A stretch of 64,000 bases of DNA from Torpedo marmorata (Eukaryota), in the NCBI GenBank assembly GCA_977017645.1, contig OZ360246.1, positions 15,686,001 to 15,750,000 on the forward strand. The letters are read 5' to 3'. The position numbers were made by a program, and so were the translations under genes. Under the pieces are notes generated by a model, which was not told where the DNA came from, did no database searches, and saw only the letters and a list, made by a program, of their open reading frames with translations. This document shows, one piece after another, positions 51,548 to 63,998 of the stretch. Position 1 is the first letter of the stretch; each line of letters begins with the position of its first letter.

Positions 51548-52073
51548 AAGGACGGCAGGGGCACTGACTCTTTGAACTTGTTAGCACAGAACGAAGGGCC
51601 AAGCGGCCTCCATCTGTGATGTATGGCTCTGTGGCTTCCAGGAGCACCAGCAGGTGGGAGGCTGAACCATGCCCTGCAGTTTCCCAGGAAATGCTTCGGG
51701 GGAAAATCCTGCCCTCAGCCGCAGCCCGAATCCTTACTGCCCACGTCCCTCTGCTCTCAGCACCAGATCCCAATGCAGAACTCTTCCTCCTGGCTCCTTG
51801 GGTCCAAGCCAGCTCAGCCAACTGGCAAACATTCCCTCTGCTGCCTGCGTTGAGCAATAACTTAACACAAGAAGCCAGGAGAGATGACGCCGAGGAGAAT
51901 CCGAGGGCTAGCGTCGTGATACAGACAGCGACACTGAGCAACCCTGGTGGTCCGAGGAAGCTCAAGAGATTTTATACCGGGTGTGATGTGGATTTGGAGC
52001 GTCTGGCGACTCTGAGGCTTTCCACAAACTCTCACTTCCTTATCACTTGCTGACCAGCCCTGCACTAAATACA

Positions 52074-53200
52074 GGAGTAAAACACGAAAGTCTGCAGACA
52101 CCGTGGTTGAAGTAAAAACACAATGCTGGAGAAGCTCAGCAGGTCAAACAGTGTACAGGTTGTACCTCTCTAATCCGGCGCTCTGTGGTCTGGCAACTCC
52201 CGTGGTCCGGCAACTCCCGTGGTCCGGCACGTTTTGAATCTGCCGCCATTAGTTTGTGGATCTGCCACCAGGGTGGCGCTGTTAGCAGCGCTAATGCACC
52301 AAAATCTGTTTACACTGCAGCCGAGTGTTTTGGTGATACAGTCCTGTTAATTTCTTATATTCAGCTGTATTTTAGCCCTTCAGGATGTCATCCAAGAGAC
52401 CAAGAGGTGCAGAAAATGGTGCTAGTGCTAATAAGCGTTCCCTTAGGGGTCAATTTCTGTTTTCCGGCATTTTCTGTGGTCCGGCAATGGCCAGGTCCCA
52501 ACGTCGCCGGAGTAAAGAGGTACAACCTGTACTTTATATAACAAAGATAAAGATACATAACCAATGTTTCGGGCTTGAGCCCTTCATCAAGCTATGAGCA
52601 AAATGTAGGCACTTGTGAATTTGTGGGAGTCATCTACTGCATCTGATGCTCCCGTTGTGGCCTTCTCTAGATCGGAGAGACTTGGCGCAGACTGGGAGAT
52701 CGCTTCGCTGAGCACCTTCGCTCTGTCCGCATCAATGACAGGGATCTCTCAGTGTCCAACCATTTCAATTCTGCGCCCCACTCTCATGATATCTGTCCAT
52801 GGCCTCATACACTGCCAAACCAAGGCCACCCGTAAATTGGAAGAGTAACACCTAATATTCCGTCTGGGCACTCTCCAACTGGATGGCATTAACATCAACT
52901 TCTTCGGTTTCTGCTAGAGCCCATTGTCCCTCCCTTCCCATTCCCTCTGTTTCCGTTTCTCCAGCTCTCCACCCCCTTCCCTCTCCATTCACAGAGCCCT
53001 CCCTCCTCCCCCTGTTTGCTGGTGTGCCCTCCCTCCCTTATCCACCTATCACCTCCTGCCTGTGGGACCGTGCTCCTCCCCCCCTAGAATTTTATTCAGG
53101 CGACTGCCTACATTTTGCTCATAGCTTGATGAAGGGCTCAAGCCCGAAACATTGGTTATGTATCTTTATCTTTGCTACATAAAGTACACTGTTTGACCTG
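52074..53200 (+). mobile_element. Penelope-like insertion: inverted pLTR, GIY-YIG remnant, direct pLTR
   Basis: Ends are reverse complements, with hammerhead motifs at about 52560-52595 (-) and 53120-53160 (+); perfect 14-bp direct repeat ctgcactaaataca (52060-52073 / 53201-53214). Confidence 0.85.
52156..52529. mobile_element. Tc1/mariner-pogo (Tigger-like) MITE nested in the Penelope pLTR
   Basis: 25-bp TIRs caggttgtacctctctaatccggcg / cgccggagtaaagaggtacaacctg (2 mismatches); TA duplication on both sides. Confidence 0.88.
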
Positions 53201-53324
53201 CTGCACTAAATACATTCTGGTGGTAATAACTCAAGCAGGCTGACACTGCTAAAACACTATCAATATCAGGAAGCTCAGAGGGGAGGTGCGAGATTTTATC
53301 CGCAGAAAGGGGGGGCATTGCTCT

Positions 53325-55830
53325 TCAAAGTTCAAAGTTCATATTAATTGTCAAGAGTACATACATGACATCACATACAACCCTGAGATTCCTTTTCCTG
53401 CGGGCCAGGCAGAATTTCTACTTATCAGTAGTGTCAACTGTACTCGACTTCCGACCTACGCGAGTTACGTCCACCCGCACATATGACTGAATTTTTTTTT
53501 TTTTAAATACTCGTCTGCGTATTAAAGGTTCATTTGTTGAAAATGTTTTTGAAAAATTGCTTTAAGACCTCGTTAAGACATACGCGGTAGGGTGAATCCG
53601 AATTACGACTAATCCAAGTTACGACCAATCCTTCGGTCCCAATTACGGTCGTAAGTCGAGGACTACCTGTACTCAAGAAAAAGATACACACGCAAAAGAG
53701 AGGAATGTAAACAAAGAAAGAAATGTAAACAAACTGACTGTGCAAATACAGAAAAATATAAATATTTAGTAATAAATAATGCGTAAAGGAAGAGTCCTTA
53801 AATGAGTCTCTGAGTGTTGTTTAGATGTCTGATGGTAGAGGGGTAGCAAGTGTTCCTGAACTTGGTGGTCTGTGTCTTGTGTCATTTATACCGTTTTCCA
53901 AATGGCAGCAGCGAGAACAGAGCATGTCCTGGGTGGTGTGGATCATTGATGATTGCTGCGGCTCTCTGACAGCAGCGTTCCACGTAGATTTTTTCGATGG
54001 TGGGGAGAGTTTTGCCTGTGATGTACTGGGCTGTGTCCACTACCTTTTGCAGGGCATTCAGAGGTATTGGTGCCCCCAAACCAGGCTGTGATGCAGCCGG
54101 TCAATCTCTCTCCTGTTTGCTGACTCATTGCCCCTTTGTATACAGCCCACTACTGTGGTATAATTAGCAAATGCGTAAATGGTGCGAGCCACGAAGTCAT
54201 AGGTGTAAAGCGAGGAGAGCAGGGGGCTAAGAACACAGCCCTGTGGTCTCCAGTGCTGATGGAGATTGTGGAAGAGATGTTCTTAACAATCGTGATTGTG
54301 GTCTGGAGGTGAGGAAATCCAGGATCCATTTACACAGTGGGGTATTGAGGCCCAAGTCTTGGAGTTTGCTGATCAGTATTGAGGGGATGATGGTGTTGAA
54401 TGCCGAACTGTATTCAATAAAGAGCATCCTGATGTATGCATCTTTGCTGTCCAGGTGTTCCAGGATTTAGTGTAGAGCCAGTGAGACGGCATCTGATGTC
54501 AACCTGTTACTGGGGTGGGCAAATTGGAACTGATCCATGTCACCGCTCAGACAGGAGCTGATATGCTTCAACACCAGCCTCTCAAAACGCTTCATCACTG
54601 TGGATGTGAGTGCCACTGGTCGGTAGTCATTTAGGCAGGTTACCACACTCTTCTTGGACATAGGTACGATTGAGGCTTGTTTGAAACAGGTGGATACCAT
54701 GCCCTGTCGGAGTGAGATGTTGAAGATATCCATGTAAACATGGGCTAGTTGATCAGCACAGGTTTTCAGTACTTGGCTGAGTACTCCGTCCGGACAGGAT
54801 GCTCTCCTTCGATTCACTCTCCTGAAGGCAGCCCGCACGTCATCCTCGGATACTGGCAGTGGAGGATCATCAGGGAACACGGGGGTACACAATGGTTCTT
54901 CCTTGTACTGGTGGTCAAATCGGGTGCAGAATCGTTGAGCTCATCTGGGAGTGAAGCTTTGCTGTCTCCTATTGCACCAGATTAGGTTTTGTAGCAGGTT
55001 ATGTCATTTAGGCCCTGCCACACTTGTCAGGTATTCTTTGTTGTTTCCATTAGTGTCCAGAATCTCCACTTTGCCTGGGAGATTGCTTTTTGTCTGTCCT
55101 ACCTGATCCTTGTGTAGTGTTCTGGATTTCTGGACTTAAATGCCTGTGATCTGGCTCTCAGCAGGTTCCGGATTTCATTGTTCATCCAGGGCTTCCAGTT
55201 GGGGAAAACCCTAAATGATTTGGTGGGGACACATGTGTCCACAGCTGTTTTGATAAAGTCCGTAACGACTCATCAGACGTAATCATTCAGATCCTCAGCT
55301 GAGTTCTTGAACACTGCCTAATCCACTGACTCGAGGCAGTCCTGTAACCATTCTTCAGCCTCTCTCGACCACATTCTGGCTGTCCAGATCTCTGCCTGCA
55401 GGCAGAAGGAGAATCGCCAGGTGATCCAACTTGCCAAAATACGGTCTTGGGGAAAAACAATAGGCCTTCCTTATCTTGTTATAGCAGTGATCGAATGTGC
55501 TGGAACCTCTGGTACAGCAGGTTATGTGTTGGTGTTAATTGGGCAGGGTTTTCTTTAGACAGGCCTGGTTAAAGTCACCGGCTATGATTTGTGGTGTGTC
55601 GGGGTAGGCGTCTTGTTTACTGCACATCATGCAGCTCCGCAAGTGCCTGTTTGTAATCAGGATCGGGAGGATATAACCTTCAGTGGGAATCACTAATGAG
55701 AACTCTCAGAGTAGATAGAAGGGTCTGCATTTGATCGATACTTACTCTAAGGCAGTGGAAAACAGGAGGTCAACATAACCCCAACATCCATGCACCAGCC
55801 GGTATTAACTAAAAAGCACACACTATGCCA
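53325..55830 (-). mobile_element. Long degenerate Rex/Babar LINE (endonuclease + RT remnants)
   Basis: CLNDYRPVALTSTVMK and [12 protein letters not shown]; AGDFN- and DHCY-like APE remnants near 55480-55590; (TTTGAAC)n-type tail. Confidence 0.85.
53443..53669. mobile_element. Tigger-like MITE with truncated left TIR, nested in the LINE tail
   Basis: Right end ggtcgtaagtcgaggactacctg+TA; left end TA+ctcgacttccgacc lacks the outer TIR bases. Confidence 0.7.
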
Positions 55831-56363
55831 GAATCCAAGTTCCGGTCCAGTTTGTGAATGGTCTTAAGTTGGTCCCACTCTGTGCGCGGTTAAACAATTC
55901 TGACCTCATGTATGTGAAATATGACCTTGAACCCCATGTTTGGGGGATGGTTACTGGGCTTGTTGGGATGGGATGGGTCCTTGTATGGGTCATTTGCAGA
56001 GCAGAACCCAGGAGTTTGTGGAAATGGATAATGTTGTGTCATACCCAGATCTTGTGCTCGAACTGGCATCTCTTTGGACCGCTTTTCACCAGAGCGTTTA
56101 GGAACAGAAACAGTGTCCTGGGAGGGTGGACAGCTTCCTCCCAATTCAACTCAAGGGTCAGACACAATAGCTCACTGGTCACCAGGGAAACCACATTTGG
56201 CCATGAGCTCAGGCAAATTCATCAAGGGTGCACCTCCATTAAAAAAATAAACTCATCTCTTTCCTTCGTTTTAGGATCAGTTGTTTGGGAATTTCTCCTG
56301 CCGACCTTTCCTCTCCCTGTTTCCAGCTGCTTTCCTCTTTGCACAAGCCTTTTCCTCCCAATC

Positions 56364-56986
56364 TTACTGCATCCGGTGCTCCCGTTGTGGTCTCCTCTAC
56401 ATCGGAGAGACTGGACGCAGACTGGGATATCGCTTTGTTGAGCACCTCGGCTCTGTCCGCCGCAATAGCGTGGATCTCCCAGTGGCCACCCATTTCAATT
56501 CCCCGTGCCATTCCCTTGCTGACATGTCTTTCCACGGTCTCATGCACTGCCAGACTGAGACCACCCGTAAATTGGAGGAACAACACCTCATCTTCTGACT
56601 GGGCACCCTCCAACCCGATGCCATTAATATCGACTTCTCTGGTGTTTGTTAAACCCCCCCTCACTTCTTCCCAGTCGCCTTCCCCCAGCTCTGTCTCTCC
56701 CTTTTCCCTGTCTCCTTTTGCACAGACATAATCAATTCTCACCTCACCCCCTTATCCAATTAACACCTTTTGTTGGTCTGGATTCCTCCCCCAGCCAGCA
56801 TTGTCTGTATTCTGAGATTTCCTGTTTTTTGCTCATTCTGCTTATTCTTTGAAGAAGGGTTCAGGCCCGAAACATCGGCAATATATCTTTGTCTCCTCTG
56901 GACGCTGAAAGACCGGCTGAGTTCCTTCAGCATTTCAGTGTGTTTTTAATATAATCACAGCGTCTGCAGACTTTCGTGTTTCACTT
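56364..56986 (+). mobile_element. Penelope-like 3' fragment with GIY-YIG endonuclease and hammerhead motif
   Basis: YCIRCSRCGLLYIGETGRRLGYRFVEHL...EEQHLIF*; ttgaagaagggttcaggcccgaaacatcgg; direct repeat ctcccaatc (56355-56363 / 56987-56995). Confidence 0.88.
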
Positions 56987-57426
56987 CTCCCAATCCCTTG
57001 TCTGTTCCTACTCCCTTCAACCTCTCCCCCATCATTATTGAGCCCACTGGATAGCGCGCCCACCTGTGTTTACGACCAGGCGTGTTCAGCGATCTGTATA
57101 ACCCAGCAGACGCGCGTGTGACTGTGTATGCAGGAGAGTGTTTGTGGGCACACACGAGCGTGTCTGCTTGAGGAGCGTGAGCAGGCATGTAAAGTGTTGG
57201 ATGAGTTTTCATTCACTCACCCGTGAGGTTATCAGAGACTTGGCCAGGATTTACACCCATCCCTAATTTTTGGGATTTAGCACCACTCCCCCATTTATTC
57301 ACTGACTGGTCATTTAGCTCTTTTCTAGTTGCTCTGCAGGATCTTTCTGTGCATTAATGCCCCTCTCCCAAATTGCAACTACGTCTGCACTCAGAAAGGA
57401 TCTTCACGAGCTATGAAGGGTTAGAG

Positions 57427-57541
57427 CAGTGGTTCTCAACCTTTTTTTTCAACTCGCATCCTATGCCATAGGTGCTCTGTGGTTAGTAAGGGATTACTTA
57501 AGGTGGTTTGCGAGATGGAAAAAAAAGGTTGAGAACCACTG
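57427..57541. mobile_element. hAT-Charlie-like MITE (115 bp)
   Basis: TIRs cagtggttctcaacctttt / aaaaggttgagaaccactg; 8-bp TSD ggttagag / ggttaggg. Confidence 0.88.
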
Positions 57542-57589
57542 GGTTAGGGGGTTACCTCAAATCATCAGATTTAAAAGCCCGCAAATCCC

Positions 57590-57852
57590 AGAGGACATCG
57601 GTTTAAGGTGAGGGGAGGAAAGTTTAGGGAGACAGAGAGTAGAGGGTGCCTGGAATGCATTGCCAGGGGTGGTGGTGGAGGCTGTTACTAGAGGGACATT
57701 TAAAAGACTCTTAGACAGGCACATGGATGCAAGAATAGAGGATTATCGGTGTGAAGTAGGGAAGGTTTGGATTGTTGAGTAGGTTTAAATGGGTCAGCAC
57801 AACATTGTGGGCCGAAAGGCGTGCTGTAGTGTTCTATGTTCTATGTTCCATG
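57590..57852 (+). mobile_element. CR1/HER1-like LINE 3' end
   Basis: Same family as 16575-16860; ends gttctatgttctatgtt. Confidence 0.8.
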
Positions 57853-57873
57853 TTAAAATCCCGTTGTATTTTC

Positions 57874-58376
57874 ACGGGACACCAATACCCCTGAACAGAA
57901 AGCCCTGCAAAAGGTAGTGGACACAGCCCAGGACATCACAGGCAAAACCCTCCCCTCCATCGAGAACATCTACAGAGAATGCTGCTGTCGGACCAGCAGC
58001 AGAAATCATCACGGATCCACACCACACAGCACACGCTCTGTCCTCGCTGCTACCATCAGGAAAGAGGTATAGGTGCCACAAAACTCGCACCACCAGGTTC
58101 AGGAACAGCTGCCTCCCCTCCACCATCAGACTCCTCAACAACAAACTCAATCAAGGATTCATTTAAGGACTCTTACATTTGCACTTTATTGATTTTTTTT
58201 TCTCTCTGTATTGCACAGTCAGTTTGTTTACCTTTCTTTATTTGTTTACATGTGTATGTTGTGTACAGTTTTTTTTTGCACTACCAATAAGTGGTAATTC
58301 TGTCTCGCCCGCAGGAAAAAGAATCTCAGGGTTGTATGTGATGTCACGTATGTACTCTGACAATAAATCTGAAATC
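57874..58376 (+). mobile_element. Rex/Babar LINE 3' fragment
   Basis: Same sequence family and tail as 49706-50684. Confidence 0.85.
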
Positions 58377-59004
58377 AACTTAACCCAAATGTGAGCCGGT
58401 GTACTGGGAATTCTAGTCACTTGTTGGATTGTCAAGGAGAGAGTAACAGCGTTGAGTTTGTGGGTACGACCCACTGTGGGGACCACAGTGAGTCGAGTGG
58501 GGGGAGTTAACTGCTCCCACTCTCTCTCGGGGCAAGTCAAACTCAATCCCAGCCCCATCTTCTGGTCAGCCTGCCGAGACAATGTGCTGCAGTAAAAGAG
58601 AAGACAATAATTGAATAGGGCAGTGCTGTTCTGTTTGTGTGAAGTGGCATCTCAGATATTTAAAGACTGCTTTGACAGGATTGACAAAAGACTCCGAGGA
58701 ACTGCAGCGATCTCGCTGCTGGAAGGGAGGTGCAGCCTTCTTGGAAAATCAGCTGTTGTGTGCAATTGCTGTGGCAGTGGAACATCACAGGCTCAGTGCC
58801 ACTGTACCCAGGCTATTGTCACGCTTGTCTCTGGAACTGCCCCTTGCTCTGGGAGGTTCTGAATGACATGTGCTGGGCTGGGTTACAGCAGAACCAGGGA
58901 GTCCTGGGAAGTTAAAGGTTGCCATTGAGGATATCCGTAGTAACCAAACACGGGAAGGAAACAGTTATGCAGGCATTAAACAAATGGTGCGTTTTAATTT
59001 TTTT

Positions 59005-59235
59005 TCAGAGATACAGCACAGTAACAGGCCCTTCTGGCCCTCGAGCCCGTGCGCCAAAATACACCAATTAACCTACAACCCCCATATGTTTTTGGAGGGT
59101 GGGAGGAGACCGGAGCACCCGGAGGAAACCCACGCAGACACGGGGAGAACATACAAACTCCTTACAGACAGCGCAGGATTCAAACGCGGGTCGCTGGTGC
59201 TGTAATAGCGATGCACTAACTGCTACACTAACCCT
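59005..59235 (-). mobile_element. V-SINE (HE1-like)
   Basis: Reverse complement of head, V-domain and tail. Confidence 0.82.
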
Positions 59236-59742
59236 GTATATATTTTTTGGCTGATTACAGAAATATTGGAGATGGGGTATTAAAAATGTGTCTGTATGTG
59301 CGTCTGAAATCATCCACTTGGAGTCCACGTGCTTTCTGATTGGCTGCGGGTAGGTGAGCCATCTTGGTGTTGTACACGTTGTCCAAGATGGAGGGGAAAT
59401 GGGAAACAGAAATCTGGGATGGACGGATATCCCTGAATGTCGGCCCAACACAAAATACTGTTGAGTTTGGAATTCTAAGTACCCGAAATCTGACACCAGA
59501 ATAGGAAATGCAGGAAATGCTCTGTGGGTCAAACAGTTTCGACAGAAAGAGGAAGAATATTGATGCTTCAATTCAACTTCTACTCATCACAACTGGGGCA
59601 GAGAAAGTGGGGAGAGGAATAGAGGGCAAACTGGAAGGTTGTGGTCAAGTGGAGGTGCCGGTGGGATTACATGTTAAAAGGGCAGGTGGAGGGGGGAAGA
59701 GGGAAGGGACAATAGAAGCCGGGATGGATGGGGTGAGATTGA

Positions 59743-60382
59743 ATCAAGTCAAGTCAAGTTTATTGTCATCTGATTGTACAAGTACAACCTGATGAAACAG
59801 CGTTCTCCGGTCCTCGGTGCAAAACACGCAGACACACAACCAGATATAACTCAGGTACAGACAAACAATACATATGCAGGACAAGTATTCATATATACAA
59901 ATAAATAAATAAATAAATGTTGTTTCATCAAAATGAGAGTCTGGGATGGTTAGTGTGAGCAGTTCCTTTGGTCGTTCAGCGTTCTCACTGCCCGTGGGAG
60001 GAAGCTGTTCCTCAGCCTGGTGGTGCTGGCTCTAATACTCCTGCATCTCTTCCTCGACGGGAGCAGCTGAAAGATGCTGTGTGCAGGGTGGAAGGGGTCC
60101 TCAATAATTTTGCACGCCCTCTTCAGACAACGATCCCGGTAGATCACGTCGATGGGGTTGGGGGGGGGGGGGAGGGAGACTCCAGTGATCCTCTCTGCCA
60201 CTCTTATGGTCCTGTGGATTGACCTCCGATCCATTTCTCTGCAGCAACCGTACCACACTGTGATGCAGCCGGCCAGGATGCTCTCAATAGAGCTCCTGTA
60301 GAAGGTTAACATGATGGATGCCGGTAGCCCTGCCCACTTCAGTCTTCTCAGGATGTGCAGTCGCTGTTGTGCCTTCCTGACA
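59743..60382 (-). mobile_element. Rex/Babar LINE 3' fragment, (CTTGA)n-tail subfamily
   Basis: ORF 59950-60312 (FYRSSIESILAGCITVWYG...); same tail as 28316. Confidence 0.86.
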
Positions 60383-61649
60383 TAGAATCAGAAGGAAGCC
60401 CAGAGGTCTCACCTGGCTCAGTTGGAAATCTAGATCATCGAGCTCAGTTGAACTTCACTGGAGCAGCATTGGAGGATAAGGATTAAGAGTGGGTGGAGGA
60501 TAGAAAATTAGAGCGCAAGCAACTCAGGGTTGAGGATGTTCCACAAAGACATCTCTCCAATGTACAGGAGAAGGCATCATGAGTAGAGGGGATGGACGAT
60601 AGAAAATGGACGCAGTTTCCCCTGGAAAGAATGATCAGCATCCTGGGAGGTAGGAAGGGAGAAGGGAAAAGGGCAGGAATTTCATCGCCTGGGGTGATAT
60701 GGGAACGTGCATGGGAAGAGATGGATTTGTTGCCGACGATCTAGGACCGGACTCGAGCAAGGGCAAAGGAATTGAGCCGCTGAGAATTCTGCAAGAGTTT
60801 GGGATTGGGAGGTTTGTGGTGGTGTCACGTCGAAGTGCCGCAATGGTGGAGAATAATACATTGAACACAGGAACCGACAGGGTCGGTGAAGACAGGAGAG
60901 GGCTTATGCTGGTTCGGAGAGGGAGGTGAAGCTAAATAGAGTGAAAGCAGAAATTGCTGGAAACACTCTGCAATTCAGGCAGCCTCCGTGAAGAGATTTG
61001 ATGCTTCAGGTCAAAGGCCCCTTCTCAGAAATAGAATAGACCCAGTTCATGAGTCCTGATACTTTAAAAAAAATTTAGACATACAGCATGGTAACAGGCC
61101 CTTCCGTCCCACGAGCCCATGCTGCCCAATTACACCAATTAATGTACAACCCCTGTACATTTTGAACTTTCTTCAGGCAGGAATCATTGGGTAAAGATGG
61201 AGGAAATTCTAACAGAAGTTGGTTTCTTCAGAGAGGAGAAGAGAGAGATGCAGAAGCTGAGGGTCAGGACAGGAAGGAGGGTGGCAGGAAATGTCGCCGA
61301 TATTGTTTGGTTCATACAAACGGAGAATCAGAGGGGAGAACATTGGGAACAGTCAGTAGGCTACGACCATCCCGAGAGATAGATGCAGAGTTAATGTTCC
61401 TGGCTGAGAACCTTCCTTTGGAGTTGAGCAAAATTCCAAATCAAGCCTGTTTGCAAAGATGGGGAGGGATGAGGAGAGCAGCGGGAACGTGTGAGATCAG
61501 CATCCAAGAGAACTTCAATGACATGAGCAGAGGAGGCGCTGGCTGGGTGAGGGGTGAACAGTCATTGATGAGATGTTCAAGTTCAGGCCAAGAGCAAGTA
61601 CGATTTCACATACAATCAGCAGTGTGTTGGTAAAAGAGTTTAATTATTA

Positions 61650-61897
61650 ATTTAGACGTACAGCACGGTAAAAAGGCCCTTTTGGACCACGAGCCCGTGA
61701 CGCCCAATTACACCCAATTGACCTACACCCCTGGTAAGCTTTGAACGGTGGGAGGAAACTGCAGCCCCCGGGGAAAACCCACGCAGACACAGGGAGTACA
61801 TACAAACTCCTCACAGACATCACGGGCTTCGAACCCCGGTCCCGATCGCTGGCGCTGCAACAGCGATGCGCTAACCGCTACGCTAACCATGCTGCCA
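61650..61897 (-). mobile_element. V-SINE (HE1-like), near full length
   Basis: Reverse complement includes B box ggttcgaagccc; a further tail-only copy lies at about 61065-61165. Confidence 0.84.
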
Positions 61898-62037
61898 ATT
61901 TAAAAAGTTGAAAAAGGGGATTTTACTTCCTTTATAAATATACTTTATTCATAAAACATTTAAATGTATGTAATAAAGAACATTCATGTCAACATTTTCA
62001 TCACCAGTCACACTATTCCTGTTATTTTATTCACCGT

Positions 62038-62494
62038 TATAGAACCATAGAACGCTACAGCACAAAAAACAGGCCATTCGGCCCTTCTAGTCTGTGCCGA
62101 CCACTATTTCGCTAGTCCCACTGACCTGCTCCCACTCCATAACCCTCCAGACCTCTCCCATCCATGTATCTATCCAATCTATTTTTAAAACTCAAGATCG
62201 AGCCTGCATTCACCATATCAGATGGCAGCCCATTCCACACTCCCACCGCTCTCTGAGTGAAGAAATTTCCCCTAATGTTCCCCCTAAACCTTTCCCCTTT
62301 CAACTTAAAACTATGACCTCTAGTATTTATCTCCCCCCAATCTAAGTGGAAAATGCCTACTCGTATCCGCTCTGTCTATACCTCTCATAATCTTGTAAAC
62401 CTCTATCAAATCTCCCCTCATTCTTCTTGGCTCCAAGGAATAAAGTCCTAACCTGTTTAATCTTTCCCTGTTACTCAACTTCTGAGGACCCGGC
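62038..62494 (-). mobile_element. CR1/HER1-like LINE 3' end, interrupted by the LTR element
   Basis: MKGERFRGNIRGNFFTQRAVGVWNGLP; tail atagaaccatagaac. Confidence 0.85.
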
Positions 62495-62753
62495 TGATAG
62501 GCCTATCAATGATTACTCAAAGACTGTGAGAGCGAGTGAATCATAGGCTTTTATTAGCAAAGAATGGAGCTGTGCTTCTCACTCGATCAGGTCCGAACTG
62601 GAGGGGTGGGCCAGATACAGTGGCCTTTATTCAGGTGAGGAAAGGGGAGGGATTACCTGGACACCCAAGGGAGGGGAGGGAGTAGGTATCAGTCCGGCCT
62701 GCAATACTTATATACACCACAGCACACAAATACAAACACAGTGGTTTACCACA
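62495..62753 (-). mobile_element. 3' LTR of a Gypsy-type retrotransposon (259 bp)
   Basis: Minus strand TGTGGT...CTATCA termini; preceded by a polypurine tract AAAAAGGAGGGGTGAA (62754-62769); contains AATAAA on the minus strand. Confidence 0.8.
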
Positions 62754-62840
62754 TTCACCCCTCCTTTTTAGAAAGAGTCCAGCGGGGTGACGTGACCACT
62801 CTAATTACAGAAAACATATATACATATAGGCCCCCCCTCC

Positions 62841-63998
62841 TCACAGGTCAAGGCGATCCGGCGGCCGAATTTTCCGCTGTGACCTGCGTAGTGGCGGGTC
62901 GGGCTGTGGTGCTGGGGGAGATATTAGTGATGGGGGAGGTGGTAGGTTTGTCTGTGCCGTCGCCTCCTGCCTGGCCTCTTGGAATGCTCGCGGTCCTGTT
63001 GAGGGGGCGGGGTCTGACACATCGGATGGGGCGTTAGGAAGGGGTTGTGTTGGGTTTTGCAGTCTGTGGACTTGCCCGTCGGGCTCTGGCGCCCCATCGG
63101 GCGCAAGGTCTCGGATGGAGACTGTGTCTTCTCGTCCATCCGGGAAGACCACGTATGCATATTGGGGGTTGGCGTGCGCCAACTGCACCCTCTGAACCGT
63201 TGGTTCATATTTGCTGCCCCGAAGGTGGTTACGGAGCAGCACTAGTCCCGGGGACATCAGCCAGGCAGGTAGGGAGGTCCCGGTGGTCGACTTCCTGGGG
63301 AAGGAAAAAAATCGTTCATGAGGAGTCGCGTTGGTGGAAGTGCACAAAAGGGACCGGATAGAGTGGAGGGCTTCGGGGAGAACATCCTGCCAGCGGGAGA
63401 CCAGCCAGCCCTTTGACGTAAGGGCTAGGAGCGCGGCCTTCCATACCGTGGCGTTCTCCCTTTCCACCTGTCCATTTCCTCGGGGGTTGTATGCTGTTGT
63501 CCTGCTGGTGGCGATGCCTCGGTCCTGCAGGTACCTGCGCAGCTCCTCACTCATAAAAGCTGCTCCCCGGTCGCTATGTATGTAGTTTGGGAAACCAAAC
63601 AGCGTGAATACCTGGTGGAGAGCTTTTATGGTTGAGGTAGCTGAAGTGTCGGGGCAGGGGATGGCAAAGGGGAACCGCGAGTACTCGTCAACAACGTTTA
63701 GGAAGTACACGTTGCGGTTCGTGGAGGGGAGGGGCCCCTTGAAGTCAATACTAAGACGTTCAAAGGGGCGCGTGGCTTTGATCAGCTGCGCCCTGTCCGG
63801 GCGGTAGAACTGTGGTTTGCACTCTGCGCAAACACGACAGTCTCTGGTCAAAGTCCTGACTTCCTCCAGGGAGTATGGCAGGTTCTGTGCCTTCACAAAG
63901 TGAAAAAGCCTGGTAACTCCTGGGTGACAGAGGAGGTCATGTAGGGCGTGTAATCGGTCGACCTGCGCGCTGGCGCATGATCCCCGGGATAGAGCGTC
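62841..63998 (-). CDS. Gypsy-type pol C-terminus: RNase H end + integrase (runs off the window)
   Basis: Open frame from the window edge: DALSR, then HDLLCHPG...CRVC (HHCC), SIDFKGP, HSDRG and NGQVERENA (DDE). No stop before 62841. Confidence 0.92.
   Translation of the reverse strand, partial: DALSRGSCASAQVDRLHALHDLLCHPGVTRLFHFVKAQNLPYSLEEVRTLTRDCRVCAECKPQFYRPDRAQLIKATRPFERLSIDFKGPLPSTNRNVYFLNVVDEYSRFPFAIPCPDTSATSTIKALHQVFTLFGFPNYIHSDRGAAFMSEELRRYLQDRGIATSRTTAYNPRGNGQVERENATVWKAALLALTSKGWLVSRWQDVLPEALHSIRSLLCTSTNATPHERFFSFPRKSTTGTSLPAWLMSPGLVLLRNHLRGSKYEPTVQRVQLAHANPQYAYVVFPDGREDTVSIRDLAPDGAPEPDGQVHRLQNPTQPLPNAPSDVSDPAPSTGPRAFQEARQEATAQTNLPPPPSLISPPAPQPDPPLRRSQRKIRPPDRLDL

Noticed and set aside
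51546-52053. Overlapping 145-aa (+) and 139-aa (-) ORFs in non-repeat sequence
   Set aside because: No recognisable domain or splice context; ORFs of this length arise by chance in GC-richer DNA.
55854-56363. 195-aa ORF 55854-56441
   Set aside because: No recognisable domain; it lies between a LINE and a PLE and runs out of frame into the PLE.
60680-60720. GDMGTCMG peptide resembling a Penelope RT motif
   Set aside because: The match is too short and has no supporting flanking motifs.
42000-62000. Exons of a downstream neighbour (MORN1 is adjacent to SKI in human)
   Set aside because: I could not recognise MORN repeats or a MORN1 C-terminal peptide with splice sites on either strand.
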